DNA of 37,262 bases from a virus (lineage: Duplodnaviria; Caudoviricetes). This document shows positions 1-8,898 of the stretch, piece after piece. The notes beneath the pieces were generated by a model. That model saw nothing but the letters and a program-made list of their open reading frames with translations. It made no database searches and was not told the origin of the DNA. The position numbers and the translations under genes are program-made. Within the stretch, counting starts at the first letter, position 1. Every line of letters begins with the position of its first letter. The stretch covers positions 1 through 37,262 of the IMG/VR virus record IMGVR_UViG_3300025012_000202; one strand, given 5' to 3'.

Positions 1-1
1 C

Positions 2-436
2 CATAGTATATCTGAAGGATTGAATCTAAAGGCAACAGATATACTATGGGAAGAGAATAAACTATTAATAACCACTTTGAAGAGAAAGGATCATCCAATT
101 ATTCCTATAATAATTTCAAAAGATTTGATAGATGAATTGAGAATACACATATGGAAGAATCCGGCAATTAATGGAAGAATATGGAAATATAGTAGGCAAT
201 ATGCATGGAAGATGTTTAAATCTATTTGTAGAAAAGCTGAATTAAACCCAAAGTATAGTCCACATGCTGCAAGACACTTTCATGGAGTTATGATTTCTTC
301 TATTACTAATGGAAATATGGTTGAAATTAAGAATAGGTTACGTCACTCCTCAATAAAATCATCTGAAATTTATGTGCATCTTTCTGAAAAAAGACAAAAA
401 GAATTATCAGATAGTATTGTAGAATATTTAAAATAA
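2..436 (+). CDS. Tyrosine recombinase/integrase, C-terminal part (5' truncated by window edge)
   Basis: HAARH (HxxR), LRHSS (second His) and EIYVH (Tyr) motifs; frame open back to base 2 (HSISEGLNLK). Confidence 0.85.
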   Translation, partial: HSISEGLNLKATDILWEENKLLITTLKRKDHPIIPIIISKDLIDELRIHIWKNPAINGRIWKYSRQYAWKMFKSICRKAELNPKYSPHAARHFHGVMISSITNGNMVEIKNRLRHSSIKSSEIYVHLSEKRQKELSDSIVEYLK

Positions 437-439
437 ATA

Positions 440-448
440 TGGTATAAT
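440..448 (+). promoter_or_regulatory. Extended -10 promoter (TGgTATAAT), probably leaderless
   Basis: TGGTATAAT ends 7 nt before ATG 456; no SD in between. Confidence 0.55.
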
Positions 449-455
449 ATATAAT

Positions 456-1118
456 ATGAAATTAATTAAAAAAATAGAATCAAGAAGAGATAAAAGTGGT
501 CATTTAAGAAAATGGGCTATTTTTAAATGTCCAGAATGTTTACAAGAAGTTGAAAGATTATTATATAATGGTAGAAAAGCACAATCTTGTGGTTGTATTT
601 CTCATAAGTTACAAGCTGAAGCAATAAAAGGTGAGAATAATCCTTTTTATGGTAAACATCACACAAAGGAAACCAGACAAAAAATATCTATAGCTAATAA
701 AGGGAATAGTTTTGGCAAAGGTAAAATAGTATCAAAAGAAAGTAGACAAAAAATATCTATAGCTAATAAAGGAAAAGAAGCATGGAATAAAGGAATGACA
801 TCTAAGGATGATAATAGAATCTTAAATGGTGAAAATAATCCAAATTGGCAAGGCGGTAAATCATTTGAAATATACCCTCAAGAATTCAAACAAATGAAGG
901 AATACATATTAGAACGTGATAATTATACATGTCAATATCCAGGATGCACAGAAATACATGATAGACTTCATGTTCATCATATTGATTATAATAAGCAAAA
1001 TAACAACTCAGAAAATTTAATTACTTTAGGAACATCTTGTCACACAAAAACAAATTATAATAGACAGTATTGGACAGAATTCTACCAAAACATAATAGAA
1101 AAGGAGTATATGAAATGA
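456..1118 (+). CDS. HNH homing endonuclease with N-terminal Cys domain and NUMOD3 repeats
   Basis: CPEC...SCGC; NPFYGKHHTKETRQKIS (NUMOD3) duplicated; RDNYTCQ..C..LHVHHIDYNKQNN..ENLITL..SCH. Confidence 0.9.
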   Translation: MKLIKKIESRRDKSGHLRKWAIFKCPECLQEVERLLYNGRKAQSCGCISHKLQAEAIKGENNPFYGKHHTKETRQKISIANKGNSFGKGKIVSKESRQKISIANKGKEAWNKGMTSKDDNRILNGENNPNWQGGKSFEIYPQEFKQMKEYILERDNYTCQYPGCTEIHDRLHVHHIDYNKQNNNSENLITLGTSCHTKTNYNRQYWTEFYQNIIEKEYMK

Positions 1119-1456
1119 ATGAAGAAACATTAGAAGCATTAAAAAAGTCAATTGTTAAGTGGGAGAGGATAGTAAAATCAACAAAAGAATTGGATTTGGG
1201 TAGTGTAAATTGTGCTTTATGTATTTTATTTAATGCTGATGGATGTGGGGGATGTCCAATATACAAGAAAACAAAGAAAAAGTATTGTAGGGATACACCA
1301 CACACAGAATGGACAAAACATGTTATAGATGATAATTATTCTTCATCATATGTTGGTGATGGTTTGAGAAGAAAACCAGGATGCAGAGAATGTCTTAGAT
1401 TAGTTAGAGAAGAATTAAACTTTTTAAAAAGTCTTTTACCAAAGGAGAACAAATGA
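1115..1456 (+). CDS. Cys-rich phage hypothetical protein
   Basis: AAGGAG before ATG 1115 (ATGA overlap with HNH stop); CALC, CGGCPI, CREC. Confidence 0.75.
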   Translation: MNEETLEALKKSIVKWERIVKSTKELDLGSVNCALCILFNADGCGGCPIYKKTKKKYCRDTPHTEWTKHVIDDNYSSSYVGDGLRRKPGCRECLRLVREELNFLKSLLPKENK

Positions 1457-1674
1457 ATATAAAAAATGATGAAGGTGAAAGAATAATAATTAATGAAAAG
1501 GTAAATTTATATAATGTAGCAGAATGCATTGAAACAAGGCAAACAGTTAAAATAAATGGAAAAACAATGACAGTTAATGAGTTTAAAAAGAATAAAAATA
1601 GAGATCCAAAAGAAGGATATTGGAGCAGGAAAGCAAAATATGAAATAGGAGAAAATACTTATGGAATTGATTAG
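1453..1674 (+). CDS. Hypothetical protein
   Basis: AAGGAG SD and ATGA-type overlap with the upstream gene. Confidence 0.65.
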   Translation: MNIKNDEGERIIINEKVNLYNVAECIETRQTVKINGKTMTVNEFKKNKNRDPKEGYWSRKAKYEIGENTYGID

Positions 1675-1713
1675 AAAATTACCTCCAATAAAAGATAAAA
1701 GTAGAATAAATTA

Positions 1714-1893
1714 TTAATTTATTTCATTATCTATTACAATGTTAGCCCAAATAATAATATCTTTTATAATTCTTTCGGAGTTTACCCCTGTTATTGTATA
1801 GTCATTAAAAATCAATATTAATTCTTCTTGTAATGTATCAAACAGTTTAGACTTTATAGCTTGTTTGATTTCATTCTTTTTTATAATATCCAT
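1714..1893 (-). CDS. Hypothetical 59 aa protein (not in ORF track)
   Basis: GGGGA SD then ATG; MDIIKKNEIKQAIKSKLFDTLQEE...; tandem TAA TAA stop. Confidence 0.6.
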   Translation of the reverse strand: MDIIKKNEIKQAIKSKLFDTLQEELILIFNDYTITGVNSERIIKDIIIWANIVIDNEIN

Positions 1894-1982
1894 TTTATCC
1901 CCATAATTTTAAAATTGTTATAGAAAATACCAGCTACCTATCTAGGTTATAAAAGTCAACTACCAAAATTTAAAAAACTTAT

Positions 1983-2357
1983 TTATTCCTTCTTATTTTT
2001 TACTGGAAAATTAAGCCACCCATTAGCTTCAAAGACATTAAATAAAGATAGGGCTAACACATTAATTGACTTCTCCTCTTCATCACCCATTGAGGGGAAT
2101 AAGCTCATTTCCAATTCACCATCCACTACATGAAGAATTTCATGTATCAAAGTTATAAAAACATCCTCCAATGGCCTATTTTTATAATATATTCTTATAG
2201 TCCTATCCCATGAGTCAGTTTGCCCAAATAAGGAAGCTCTTTTTTCAGCGTCTACATCATTAGGTAATTCATGATACCCAATTGTGTACTGAATACCAAG
2301 GACATCAATAACTGTTGGTAATTCAGATATTTTGTAATTTTTTCCATGTTTAAACAT
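1983..2357 (-). CDS. Small HExxH zinc metallopeptidase-like protein (ImmA/IrrE-like)
   Basis: FITLIHEILH motif after G..D..DRTIRI; GGGGGG SD. Confidence 0.7.
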   Translation of the reverse strand: MFKHGKNYKISELPTVIDVLGIQYTIGYHELPNDVDAEKRASLFGQTDSWDRTIRIYYKNRPLEDVFITLIHEILHVVDGELEMSLFPSMGDEEEKSINVLALSLFNVFEANGWLNFPVKNKKE

Positions 2358-2370
2358 TTAAGTACCCCCC

Positions 2371-2583
2371 TTATTTTTTATTTATGCATACTCCCCATAT
2401 AGAAAACAATAAAAAAATAAAAAATAGCACACTCTGTTGGTATTCTTTAATGCTGAAGTTATATATTGTAAGAAATAAATCTGTAAATGTCCATAAATAG
2501 AATCCCCACAAAGGTTTATTCTTGATTAAGCATATTTTACCAATTAAAGATATTATAATTATACTCCATAATAGAAAGGACAT
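2371..2583 (-). CDS. Small 3-TM membrane protein, PnuC/SemiSWEET half-transporter-like
   Basis: Three hydrophobic segments, WGFYLWTFTD and SIWG motifs; TAATG coupling to the upstream ORF. Confidence 0.55.
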   Translation of the reverse strand: MSFLLWSIIIISLIGKICLIKNKPLWGFYLWTFTDLFLTIYNFSIKEYQQSVLFFIFLLFSIWGVCINKK

Positions 2584-2717
2584 TAGTATTTGCAAACCTC
2601 TTTTTTAATAACCACATCCATTGATTTAACCCCTGCTTTATGCCCAGTATTATATATTGTTATTGTATAACATAATAGTATAATTATTATAAGTAATATT
2701 TGCAGAAGAAACTTCAC
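2583..2717 (-). CDS. Small single-TM protein, 44 aa (not in ORF track)
   Basis: GTG start, MKFLLQILLIIIILLCYTITIYN..., stop overlaps next ATG. Confidence 0.5.
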   Translation of the reverse strand: MKFLLQILLIIIILLCYTITIYNTGHKAGVKSMDVVIKKEVCKY

Positions 2718-2721
2718 TATA

Positions 2722-2931
2722 TCACATCCTTACTGGAAAATTCTCTATAGCAAAGTTACCTATCCCTACCGGAAAAGCGTCTTCTAAAGCTAACCAAGCT
2801 GAAAACTCTCCACAATTTATTACAATATCTTGCTCAAGTAATCTAAAAATGTCATGTTTTTTAACATCTCCTCTTTCTACTTCAACCCAATCACCATTCC
2901 TAAATACTTCACATTTACGCCATATTGTCAT
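2722..2931 (-). CDS. Phage hypothetical protein
   Basis: GGAGG SD and ATGA overlap with the upstream gene. Confidence 0.7.
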   Translation of the reverse strand: MTIWRKCEVFRNGDWVEVERGDVKKHDIFRLLEQDIVINCGEFSAWLALEDAFPVGIGNFAIENFPVRM

Positions 2932-3539
2932 CCCACTACCTCCTTTATTTCTGAAAACTTACCATTATGAGTAACCAAAAATACTTTATCCGCATTTTCA
3001 GCAAATTCCTCCATTTGAGAAACTATTATGAATTGGATATTCAGTTTTTTACTTAAATCTTTAATCATCTTCATAGCATTTTCTATTCTTCCGTGCAAGA
3101 ACTTCATTGGCTCGTCTAAAATAATAACATTACTTGATTTTGGGTTTTCTATTGACCACAAAACTACTCGTAATGCGAAAGAGGCTACATCAAGCACCCC
3201 ACCCCCACAACTATCTTTAGGGTCAGTTTCTTCTCCTCTCAATTTAAGACTTATCTTAGCTTCAGGTTTGTTCCTCTTAATATCGAAGTCTATTACAAAT
3301 TGGTAATCCTCCTCAAATACAGCTTGTAATGCTGTTGTAACCATGCTTTCTATATAATCTTTTAAATAAGATTGAGTATACTTACCTGCCTCAGCTACCA
3401 AAACTCTGGCTTTTTGAAGATCACTATTATATTGTTTTAATATATTATATTCTTTTTCTTTTATTTCTAAAGAATTTAATACTAGAGATGCTTCAGTTTT
3501 ATAAGCAATGAATTTTGATTTAAGTTGTTCTATATTCAT
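2928..3539 (-). CDS. sbcC: SbcC/Rad50 C-terminal half
   Basis: N-terminal coiled coil, signature-like SCGGG, Walker B IILDEP, IIVSQ, ADKVF; no Walker A. Confidence 0.85.
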   Translation of the reverse strand: MNIEQLKSKFIAYKTEASLVLNSLEIKEKEYNILKQYNSDLQKARVLVAEAGKYTQSYLKDYIESMVTTALQAVFEEDYQFVIDFDIKRNKPEAKISLKLRGEETDPKDSCGGGVLDVASFALRVVLWSIENPKSSNVIILDEPMKFLHGRIENAMKMIKDLSKKLNIQFIIVSQMEEFAENADKVFLVTHNGKFSEIKEVVG

Positions 3540-3895
3540 ATATCCTCAATATCCTCAAGATTTTTGCATTTTCTACAAATTCTATTAATCTTTGGATCAA
3601 TGCTTTCAAATAGCTCATCACATCTTAAACAATATACAATCTTATTTTGAGATACTTTTTTTGGTTTTCTACCCTGTGTTGGTGGAAAAGAAACTCTTTT
3701 CTTTACACCCAATTCAGCTTGTTCCAAAAAATTGTTCCAACTTAGATTAAATTGCTTACTTGCATGAGAGAAAGAGCAAATTTTATTTGGATTGTTATCA
3801 TAATCTGATCTTGTTAGAAAGCAAGTCCCTGCCATAGTCTTTAAATTTTCTATAAAATCTGCAAAAGCTACAACATTAGTCCCCTGCAATTTCAT
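3536..3895 (-). CDS. Putative DNA-binding protein (homing-endonuclease-associated repeat plus Zn ribbon)
   Basis: F.LSWNNFLEQAEL motif; CLRC...CRKC; GGAG SD before ATG 3895. Confidence 0.55.
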   Translation of the reverse strand: MKLQGTNVVAFADFIENLKTMAGTCFLTRSDYDNNPNKICSFSHASKQFNLSWNNFLEQAELGVKKRVSFPPTQGRKPKKVSQNKIVYCLRCDELFESIDPKINRICRKCKNLEDIEDI

Positions 3896-3897
3896 AT

Positions 3898-4068
3898 TTA
3901 CTCCGAAAATTTCCAATAAACCAAATGGCAATTTTGACACATATGAACTTCCACTAAATCAACCCCCTGCCAAGTTTCTGTGATAGTAATAAGTGGTTTT
4001 CTGTATATAGCTTGTAACAATAAAGGTTTATGTCTGTTGAGTAAAATGCATACTAATTTTTTAAACAT
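3898..4068 (-). CDS. Small Cys/His protein, 56 aa (not in ORF track)
   Basis: AGGAGG SD; MFKKLVCILLNRHK...HMCQNCH. Confidence 0.7.
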   Translation of the reverse strand: MFKKLVCILLNRHKPLLLQAIYRKPLITITETWQGVDLVEVHMCQNCHLVYWKFSE

Positions 4069-4077
4069 AAAATCCTC

Positions 4078-4332
4078 CTATATAAATCCAAAGCTTTCTT
4101 GTAACTTTTTATATCTTTCTTCAATATTAGAAGACAACAAAGCAACTTCTTTAGTTAATTTACTTATTTCCATCTCAGCTTCAATGAAATTATCTAAATT
4201 GTAATCCTTCTTCAATGTAGACAATAAAGCCTTTTTTTGCCCCTTACTTTCAGCCAAGTCCTCTTTGGCCTTTTCTATTTTTAGCTTAATTGCTTTAAGA
4301 GTTTTCTCAACTTCTCTTGTATCTATGGGCAT
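4078..4332 (-). CDS. Coiled-coil protein, candidate third SbcC piece
   Basis: Heptad-rich 84 aa protein lying between sbcD and the sbcC C-half. Confidence 0.6.
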   Translation of the reverse strand: MPIDTREVEKTLKAIKLKIEKAKEDLAESKGQKKALLSTLKKDYNLDNFIEAEMEISKLTKEVALLSSNIEERYKKLQESFGFI

Positions 4333-4808
4333 GTCACATTCCTTTCTATATATTTTTGTGGGATAATTGTCATGAATCTTCTATGTATTACTTTTATATC
4401 TTCTCTACGTTCAAGAAAAGAATTAAGTAATCTATCTATATTCAATTTTTTAACTTCAACATCTATATTCAAACAATACTTTGTATTTAATTCTTCTAAA
4501 AAGTGTTCAATTCTTCTCATAGTATTTGTTACCGTATCAAGCATTTTAGGATTATGATATAAAGAAAAGCCAAAAGTCTTTTCATCCATATGATAAGTTT
4601 CCATAATCGAATCCACTCCTAATGTTGGATTTTGCACAGAATGGACAAAGAAATGAGGTATATACACACAATATCTAATAAGAATAGGGAATACTACCTT
4701 TTTAGGATTAAAATCCTTCTCTTGTGAATAATCATTTTCTATAATTATTTTTTCTTTATAATCTACAAGATATGGTTTATTAGTTATTGATGAATTCTTA
4801 GTTTCCAT
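4323..4808 (-). CDS. Hypothetical protein
   Basis: 161 aa ORF on the operon strand, overlapping the next gene. Confidence 0.6.
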   Translation of the reverse strand: METKNSSITNKPYLVDYKEKIIIENDYSQEKDFNPKKVVFPILIRYCVYIPHFFVHSVQNPTLGVDSIMETYHMDEKTFGFSLYHNPKMLDTVTNTMRRIEHFLEELNTKYCLNIDVEVKKLNIDRLLNSFLERREDIKVIHRRFMTIIPQKYIERNVTCP

Positions 4809-4907
4809 TTTCTATTTCCATTTTTTATAAAGGATAATTGCAGAAACTTGGTTTTGAAATAAATTAAATATAGCAGCCAACATTTTATAATTTTTGGTGG
4901 TAATTTT

Positions 4908-5828
4908 CTAATTAGTTTCAAGATTTTCCAATTCCTTAATTATTATAGTTTTAACACTATCTTCAGTTGTTTTCATCATCAATTCAAGATTTTTTCTAAA
5001 GTCAAGTGAGCTACCTATCTCATTGTTTTTTATGCTATCTATGAATTCTTGAAGTTTTTGGTTCTCTTTTTTATCCGTTCTTTCCAATGCTTCTGGTTTA
5101 AATACTACGTCAGCAGGTTTATACTCCAATTCTACCTTATTTAAAGAATATGTCAAGTCTTCCTGATTAATATCTAAAATATATACATGTGGTTTTAAAT
5201 CAGCTTCAGCTATTGTTTTTCTTGATATTGTCCCACATCCCAAAATGGTTTGATCTTTATATTTATAAAATACGGGGGTATGGTTATCACCTGCAAGTAT
5301 TACATCATATGAGTTATTTTTAAACAACTTATCACTTTGTAAAAAACCCTCTTGCCCAGGCCACTGAGGACGATCTATTATTGTTTTATGGATTAATAAT
5401 ATATTAAATTTGTCTTTGTTCTCTATTTTGGGGATGTCATCCCCCCAGGATGCACCGTATAAATGGACATCCTCTGATAAATTTATTTTAGCATCTACTT
5501 TTTGTATGAAACCCAAAAATCTCATTAATTTGAAAGCTGTCCTTTCCTCCGTGCGGAATCTTAAATCATGCTGACCCGCTACAGCTAAAAAATTCTTACT
5601 ATTAATATTATATTTGTTAAATAAAGATATGTATGTCTCAAGGAGGTCGAAACTTGGGCGGGGGGTATCAAATAAATCACCAGCTTGAAGTATGTATTGG
5701 CAGTTTCTTTCTTTGAAAATTGTAAAAATTTGTTTAATTTTATTTAATTGAGTTTCAAAGAAAAAATCTTTCCTGTTCTCTGGTGTTGTATTTCTGATGT
5801 GCCAATCTGAACTGAGTAATAATTTCAT
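4908..5828 (-). CDS. sbcD: SbcD/Mre11 metallophosphoesterase nuclease
   Basis: SSDWH, AGDLFD, GQHD, LIHK, AGDNH motifs. Confidence 0.92.
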   Translation of the reverse strand: MKLLLSSDWHIRNTTPENRKDFFFETQLNKIKQIFTIFKERNCQYILQAGDLFDTPRPSFDLLETYISLFNKYNINSKNFLAVAGQHDLRFRTEERTAFKLMRFLGFIQKVDAKINLSEDVHLYGASWGDDIPKIENKDKFNILLIHKTIIDRPQWPGQEGFLQSDKLFKNNSYDVILAGDNHTPVFYKYKDQTILGCGTISRKTIAEADLKPHVYILDINQEDLTYSLNKVELEYKPADVVFKPEALERTDKKENQKLQEFIDSIKNNEIGSSLDFRKNLELMMKTTEDSVKTIIIKELENLETN

Positions 5829-5834
5829 AATTTA

Positions 5835-5862
5835 ATTATACCACTGATTAATAAAATATCAA
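5835..5862 (-). promoter_or_regulatory. Sigma70-type promoter, probably leaderless
   Basis: TTGATA-N16-TATAAT with TG extension, 6 nt before ATG 5828, no SD. Confidence 0.65.
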
Positions 5863-5882
5863 GTAATATCCCCTATCTAATA

Positions 5883-6341
5883 TCAAAAGTTTGTATATTC
5901 TTCATTTTTCCATGTTTTATTATTAATAATAAATACTATGGTAGATTTACTATTTAAATTAAACATTTTTGCTAATTGTCTTGTGGTATAATTTCCTGAT
6001 CTATATAAGTCTCTAATTTCATTAGCTATTTCTAATGTTACTTTGCAATGCCTTGTATTTCTCAAATTTTCACCGTTTGTAATCCATTGGCAATTTTCAG
6101 GACAGTAATTCCCATTATTTTCTTTCCTGTCTATGGTTAAAGAATCTTTATACCCATTATTCAATGCCCAATCTCTAAAATTAATGAACCCTTTTTCCTT
6201 ATCTGCCCATTCAGGGCATATTGTTATTCCTCTTCCACCATAATTTAAATAGTCTTTGTTTTTTATATTTGAACATCTTTGTTTCATATGATTCCAAGTA
6301 TTATACAATCTTGTTTTTTTCCAACCATGTTTATAATTCAT
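5883..6341 (-). CDS. HNH-like homing endonuclease with C-terminal HTH
   Basis: W..MKQRC, YGGRGITICPEW, LTIDR..N.GNYCPENCQW; C-terminal HTH-like tail. Confidence 0.85.
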   Translation of the reverse strand: MNYKHGWKKTRLYNTWNHMKQRCSNIKNKDYLNYGGRGITICPEWADKEKGFINFRDWALNNGYKDSLTIDRKENNGNYCPENCQWITNGENLRNTRHCKVTLEIANEIRDLYRSGNYTTRQLAKMFNLNSKSTIVFIINNKTWKNEEYTNF

Positions 6342-7396
6342 TGTTTAGCCCCACATAAAGGGCATGTGCCAGATTCTTTTAGTATTTGTTGAAACTCTTT
6401 TTCCTCTATTTTAATATTATTTTCTAATTTTTCTATTTTTTTATAAAAATTATCCCAATTCTGTTTTAAATTATTTATTTTATTTAATACATCAGAGGTA
6501 GCTAAGTATTTAATAACATTATTTTCAATCTCCTGTAAAGGTTCACCATGTTTTAAAATTGCTTCTGGTGTCTCAATTCTGCTATCCAATTCTTTTATAT
6601 TTGTTACTATTTTCTTCAAATCTCTCATTAAGGCTAAATTCGTATTATAATCCAACCATAATTGTTCCAAAGACTTAATCTCTTCTTCAAATCCGTCATA
6701 CTTGTTCTCTATACTTGCTATAATAGCTTCTACCCTAACACCTTCAGTAACTATATAGGATAGCAATTTAACCTTATTTTCTATTGTTTTAACTTTACTG
6801 TCATATTCTACTATCTGATTTACTAAATTCTCAATTGAATCATAGTCTTTGAATTTTTCAAGACTTGCATTTAACTTATCTAAATCTTGCTTTTTTATCT
6901 CAAGTTCCTTATTCGTAGAGGTTATTTTGGAAGATATATTAGAAATTAAAGTATCTATATCATCAAGTTTGACAACTTTATTAATTGTACGTCCTATTTC
7001 TCCAGGGCTATCTGTAATTAGGAAATGTTTTTCAAATTGTGATTGAATATTCAACTCTGAAAAATTTATAACAGAAGCAATTTCATCAGGACAATTACTT
7101 CCAACAGTATCAAGTATAGTATTATTTATTTTATATTGATTTATAGACTCGTTTCTTTCTCTGACAATCTCATCTGCTTCTGTATTTATTGTAATTTTGA
7201 CAGTATCCTTTTTAGCACTGAATGAGGATTTGAATGATAAACCTAAAGGACGATTAAAAATGACCCAAGACAAAGATCTCAAAATGGAGCTTTTCCCATT
7301 ATTACTTTGACCAGATATAACATTTATACCATTAGAGAATTCTAAACACGAATTTAAATGACTTTGAAAGTTCTCGATTTTCAATGATTTTATCAT
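6338..7396 (-). CDS. sbcC: SbcC/Rad50 N-terminal half ending at the zinc hook
   Basis: IENFQSH, Walker A GQSNNGKS, Q-loop IQSQ, long coiled coil, terminal CPLCG. Confidence 0.9.
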   Translation of the reverse strand: MIKSLKIENFQSHLNSCLEFSNGINVISGQSNNGKSSILRSLSWVIFNRPLGLSFKSSFSAKKDTVKITINTEADEIVRERNESINQYKINNTILDTVGSNCPDEIASVINFSELNIQSQFEKHFLITDSPGEIGRTINKVVKLDDIDTLISNISSKITSTNKELEIKKQDLDKLNASLEKFKDYDSIENLVNQIVEYDSKVKTIENKVKLLSYIVTEGVRVEAIIASIENKYDGFEEEIKSLEQLWLDYNTNLALMRDLKKIVTNIKELDSRIETPEAILKHGEPLQEIENNVIKYLATSDVLNKINNLKQNWDNFYKKIEKLENNIKIEEKEFQQILKESGTCPLCGAKQ

Positions 7397-7404
7397 TAAT
7401 TTCC

Positions 7405-7950
7405 TTATGTATGCCTTAAAATAATAGGATCTACTTCTTTCAAAAATTGTTTAAAATCATATAGATAACACCCAGGATTAGTATTCATAAAAGAAGCAAT
7501 TGGTTTAATATTATCATTGTAATCTTTTAATGCTGAGTTAAGATAGCTATAAACAGGTAGTGCAATCAATGTTGGGGAATTATTCTGTTTTATAATCAAC
7601 ATCATATCTTTCCCCAATTTCAAAGCATCAATATATAGTTTTGTCCAAAATTCAAGTATCGAATTGTTTTTAGGTTTACCAAACATCATACTTTCTATAT
7701 GGATATTTCTGTAAAATTTACACTCTATTATGAATGAGTTAGTTAATTTTTGTCCCAAAGAATCTATTGCAGAAATATCACCTGCTTGAGTTTTCCTCAT
7801 AATCCCCTTTTTAAACCCAACTGTTGCTCTGCCTCCAGACATTGCTGATCTCCAAAATATATCATCTCTTTCCTCATAACTAATCCATTTGGATAGTTCT
7901 TGGCAAATCTCTCTTTCAAAAGCACTTCCTTTAGCTTTTGGGTTTTTCAC
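7405..7950 (-). CDS. Holliday junction resolvase, Hjc-like PD-(D/E)xK
   Basis: KAKGSAFEREI, GDI, IIECK motifs. Confidence 0.85.
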   Translation of the reverse strand: MKNPKAKGSAFEREICQELSKWISYEERDDIFWRSAMSGGRATVGFKKGIMRKTQAGDISAIDSLGQKLTNSFIIECKFYRNIHIESMMFGKPKNNSILEFWTKLYIDALKLGKDMMLIIKQNNSPTLIALPVYSYLNSALKDYNDNIKPIASFMNTNPGCYLYDFKQFLKEVDPIILRHT

Positions 7951-8435
7951 TCAGAATCCTCCATCAATTCTCTTACATCCTTTGCTATTGATTTACCAAC
8001 TGATAGGTTAATAACTCCCGCTGGTCTTTCAAATACGGTAACAGTTATTTGGTTAGATAATCCACTTCTGGCTCCATTAGGAGATACAGCTTCCACAGCA
8101 AATGTCCATATACCATCAGGTACAAGAGCCTGATATGTATTTGTTGTAATTGGTGCAGTATTTAATCTTGGGTAATTTGCAAGTTGCACTATCCCACAAG
8201 GTTGCTCATCTGGGGAATCTATTGTTGGTATTGGGCCATTACCAACAATAGCATAAACATTATAGGTTATTAATCCAGTGAAAGGGTAGCCAGCACAATT
8301 AGTGGTAACAACATCCCATGTAAGTATAGGGTCTACAAGCTGTCCTTTAATAACATCATCCTCAACACTGCCTCCACAACCAAATAAGCAAAAAACTATT
8401 AGTATAACACCAAGATATTTTAAGTAAGTTTTCAT
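7947..8435 (-). CDS. Lipoprotein with fibronectin type III-like domain
   Basis: Signal peptide with lipobox LFGC; LTWD...YNVY...FAVEAV..NG.RSGLSN FN3-like pattern. Confidence 0.7.
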   Translation of the reverse strand: MKTYLKYLGVILIVFCLFGCGGSVEDDVIKGQLVDPILTWDVVTTNCAGYPFTGLITYNVYAIVGNGPIPTIDSPDEQPCGIVQLANYPRLNTAPITTNTYQALVPDGIWTFAVEAVSPNGARSGLSNQITVTVFERPAGVINLSVGKSIAKDVRELMEDSE

Positions 8436-8656
8436 TTTTTACCCCCATTATTATTTTTTGTACAAAATTCAACCAACATCCCACCTACAAGGAACTGAAA
8501 TGCACCCCCTAACCAAATCCACAATGGAGATAGTATCCAAAACCATTCAATTTTTATGTTGCCCATATAATTCAGCCATTCTAAGAATATTGTTAAAATA
8601 AACGGTACAAATAAAGCATATTTAAAGAATAAAATCACTTCTTTTTCTTTATCCAT
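8432..8656 (-). CDS. Small membrane protein (W-F-W-x-L-x-P-x-W-I family)
   Basis: Two hydrophobic segments, IEWFWILSPLWI. Confidence 0.7.
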   Translation of the reverse strand: MDKEKEVILFFKYALFVPFILTIFLEWLNYMGNIKIEWFWILSPLWIWLGGAFQFLVGGMLVEFCTKNNNGGKK

Positions 8657-8884
8657 TTAAAATTTCTCCTTAAAAGGAAATGAAATAAATACGGTTGTTA
8701 CATATCCCTTTGTGGATTCACCTACTTCAACAGCCTTACTTTCCTCTTCATAAATACCGGATTGTGCTTGTAAAAATCCACCCACATCATAAATATTAAT
8801 ATACCCCCTTGTTTCATTGATAATAGAAGGTTCTACTTTATTACTTGAACATCCAACACAACCATTTCCACAACAACCATCCAT
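8657..8884 (-). CDS. Hypothetical protein with Cys-rich N-terminus
   Basis: AAGGAGG SD; MDGCCGNGCVGC. Confidence 0.7.
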   Translation of the reverse strand: MDGCCGNGCVGCSSNKVEPSIINETRGYINIYDVGGFLQAQSGIYEEESKAVEVGESTKGYVTTVFISFPFKEKF

Positions 8885-8898
8885 AATAGCCTCCTTTA

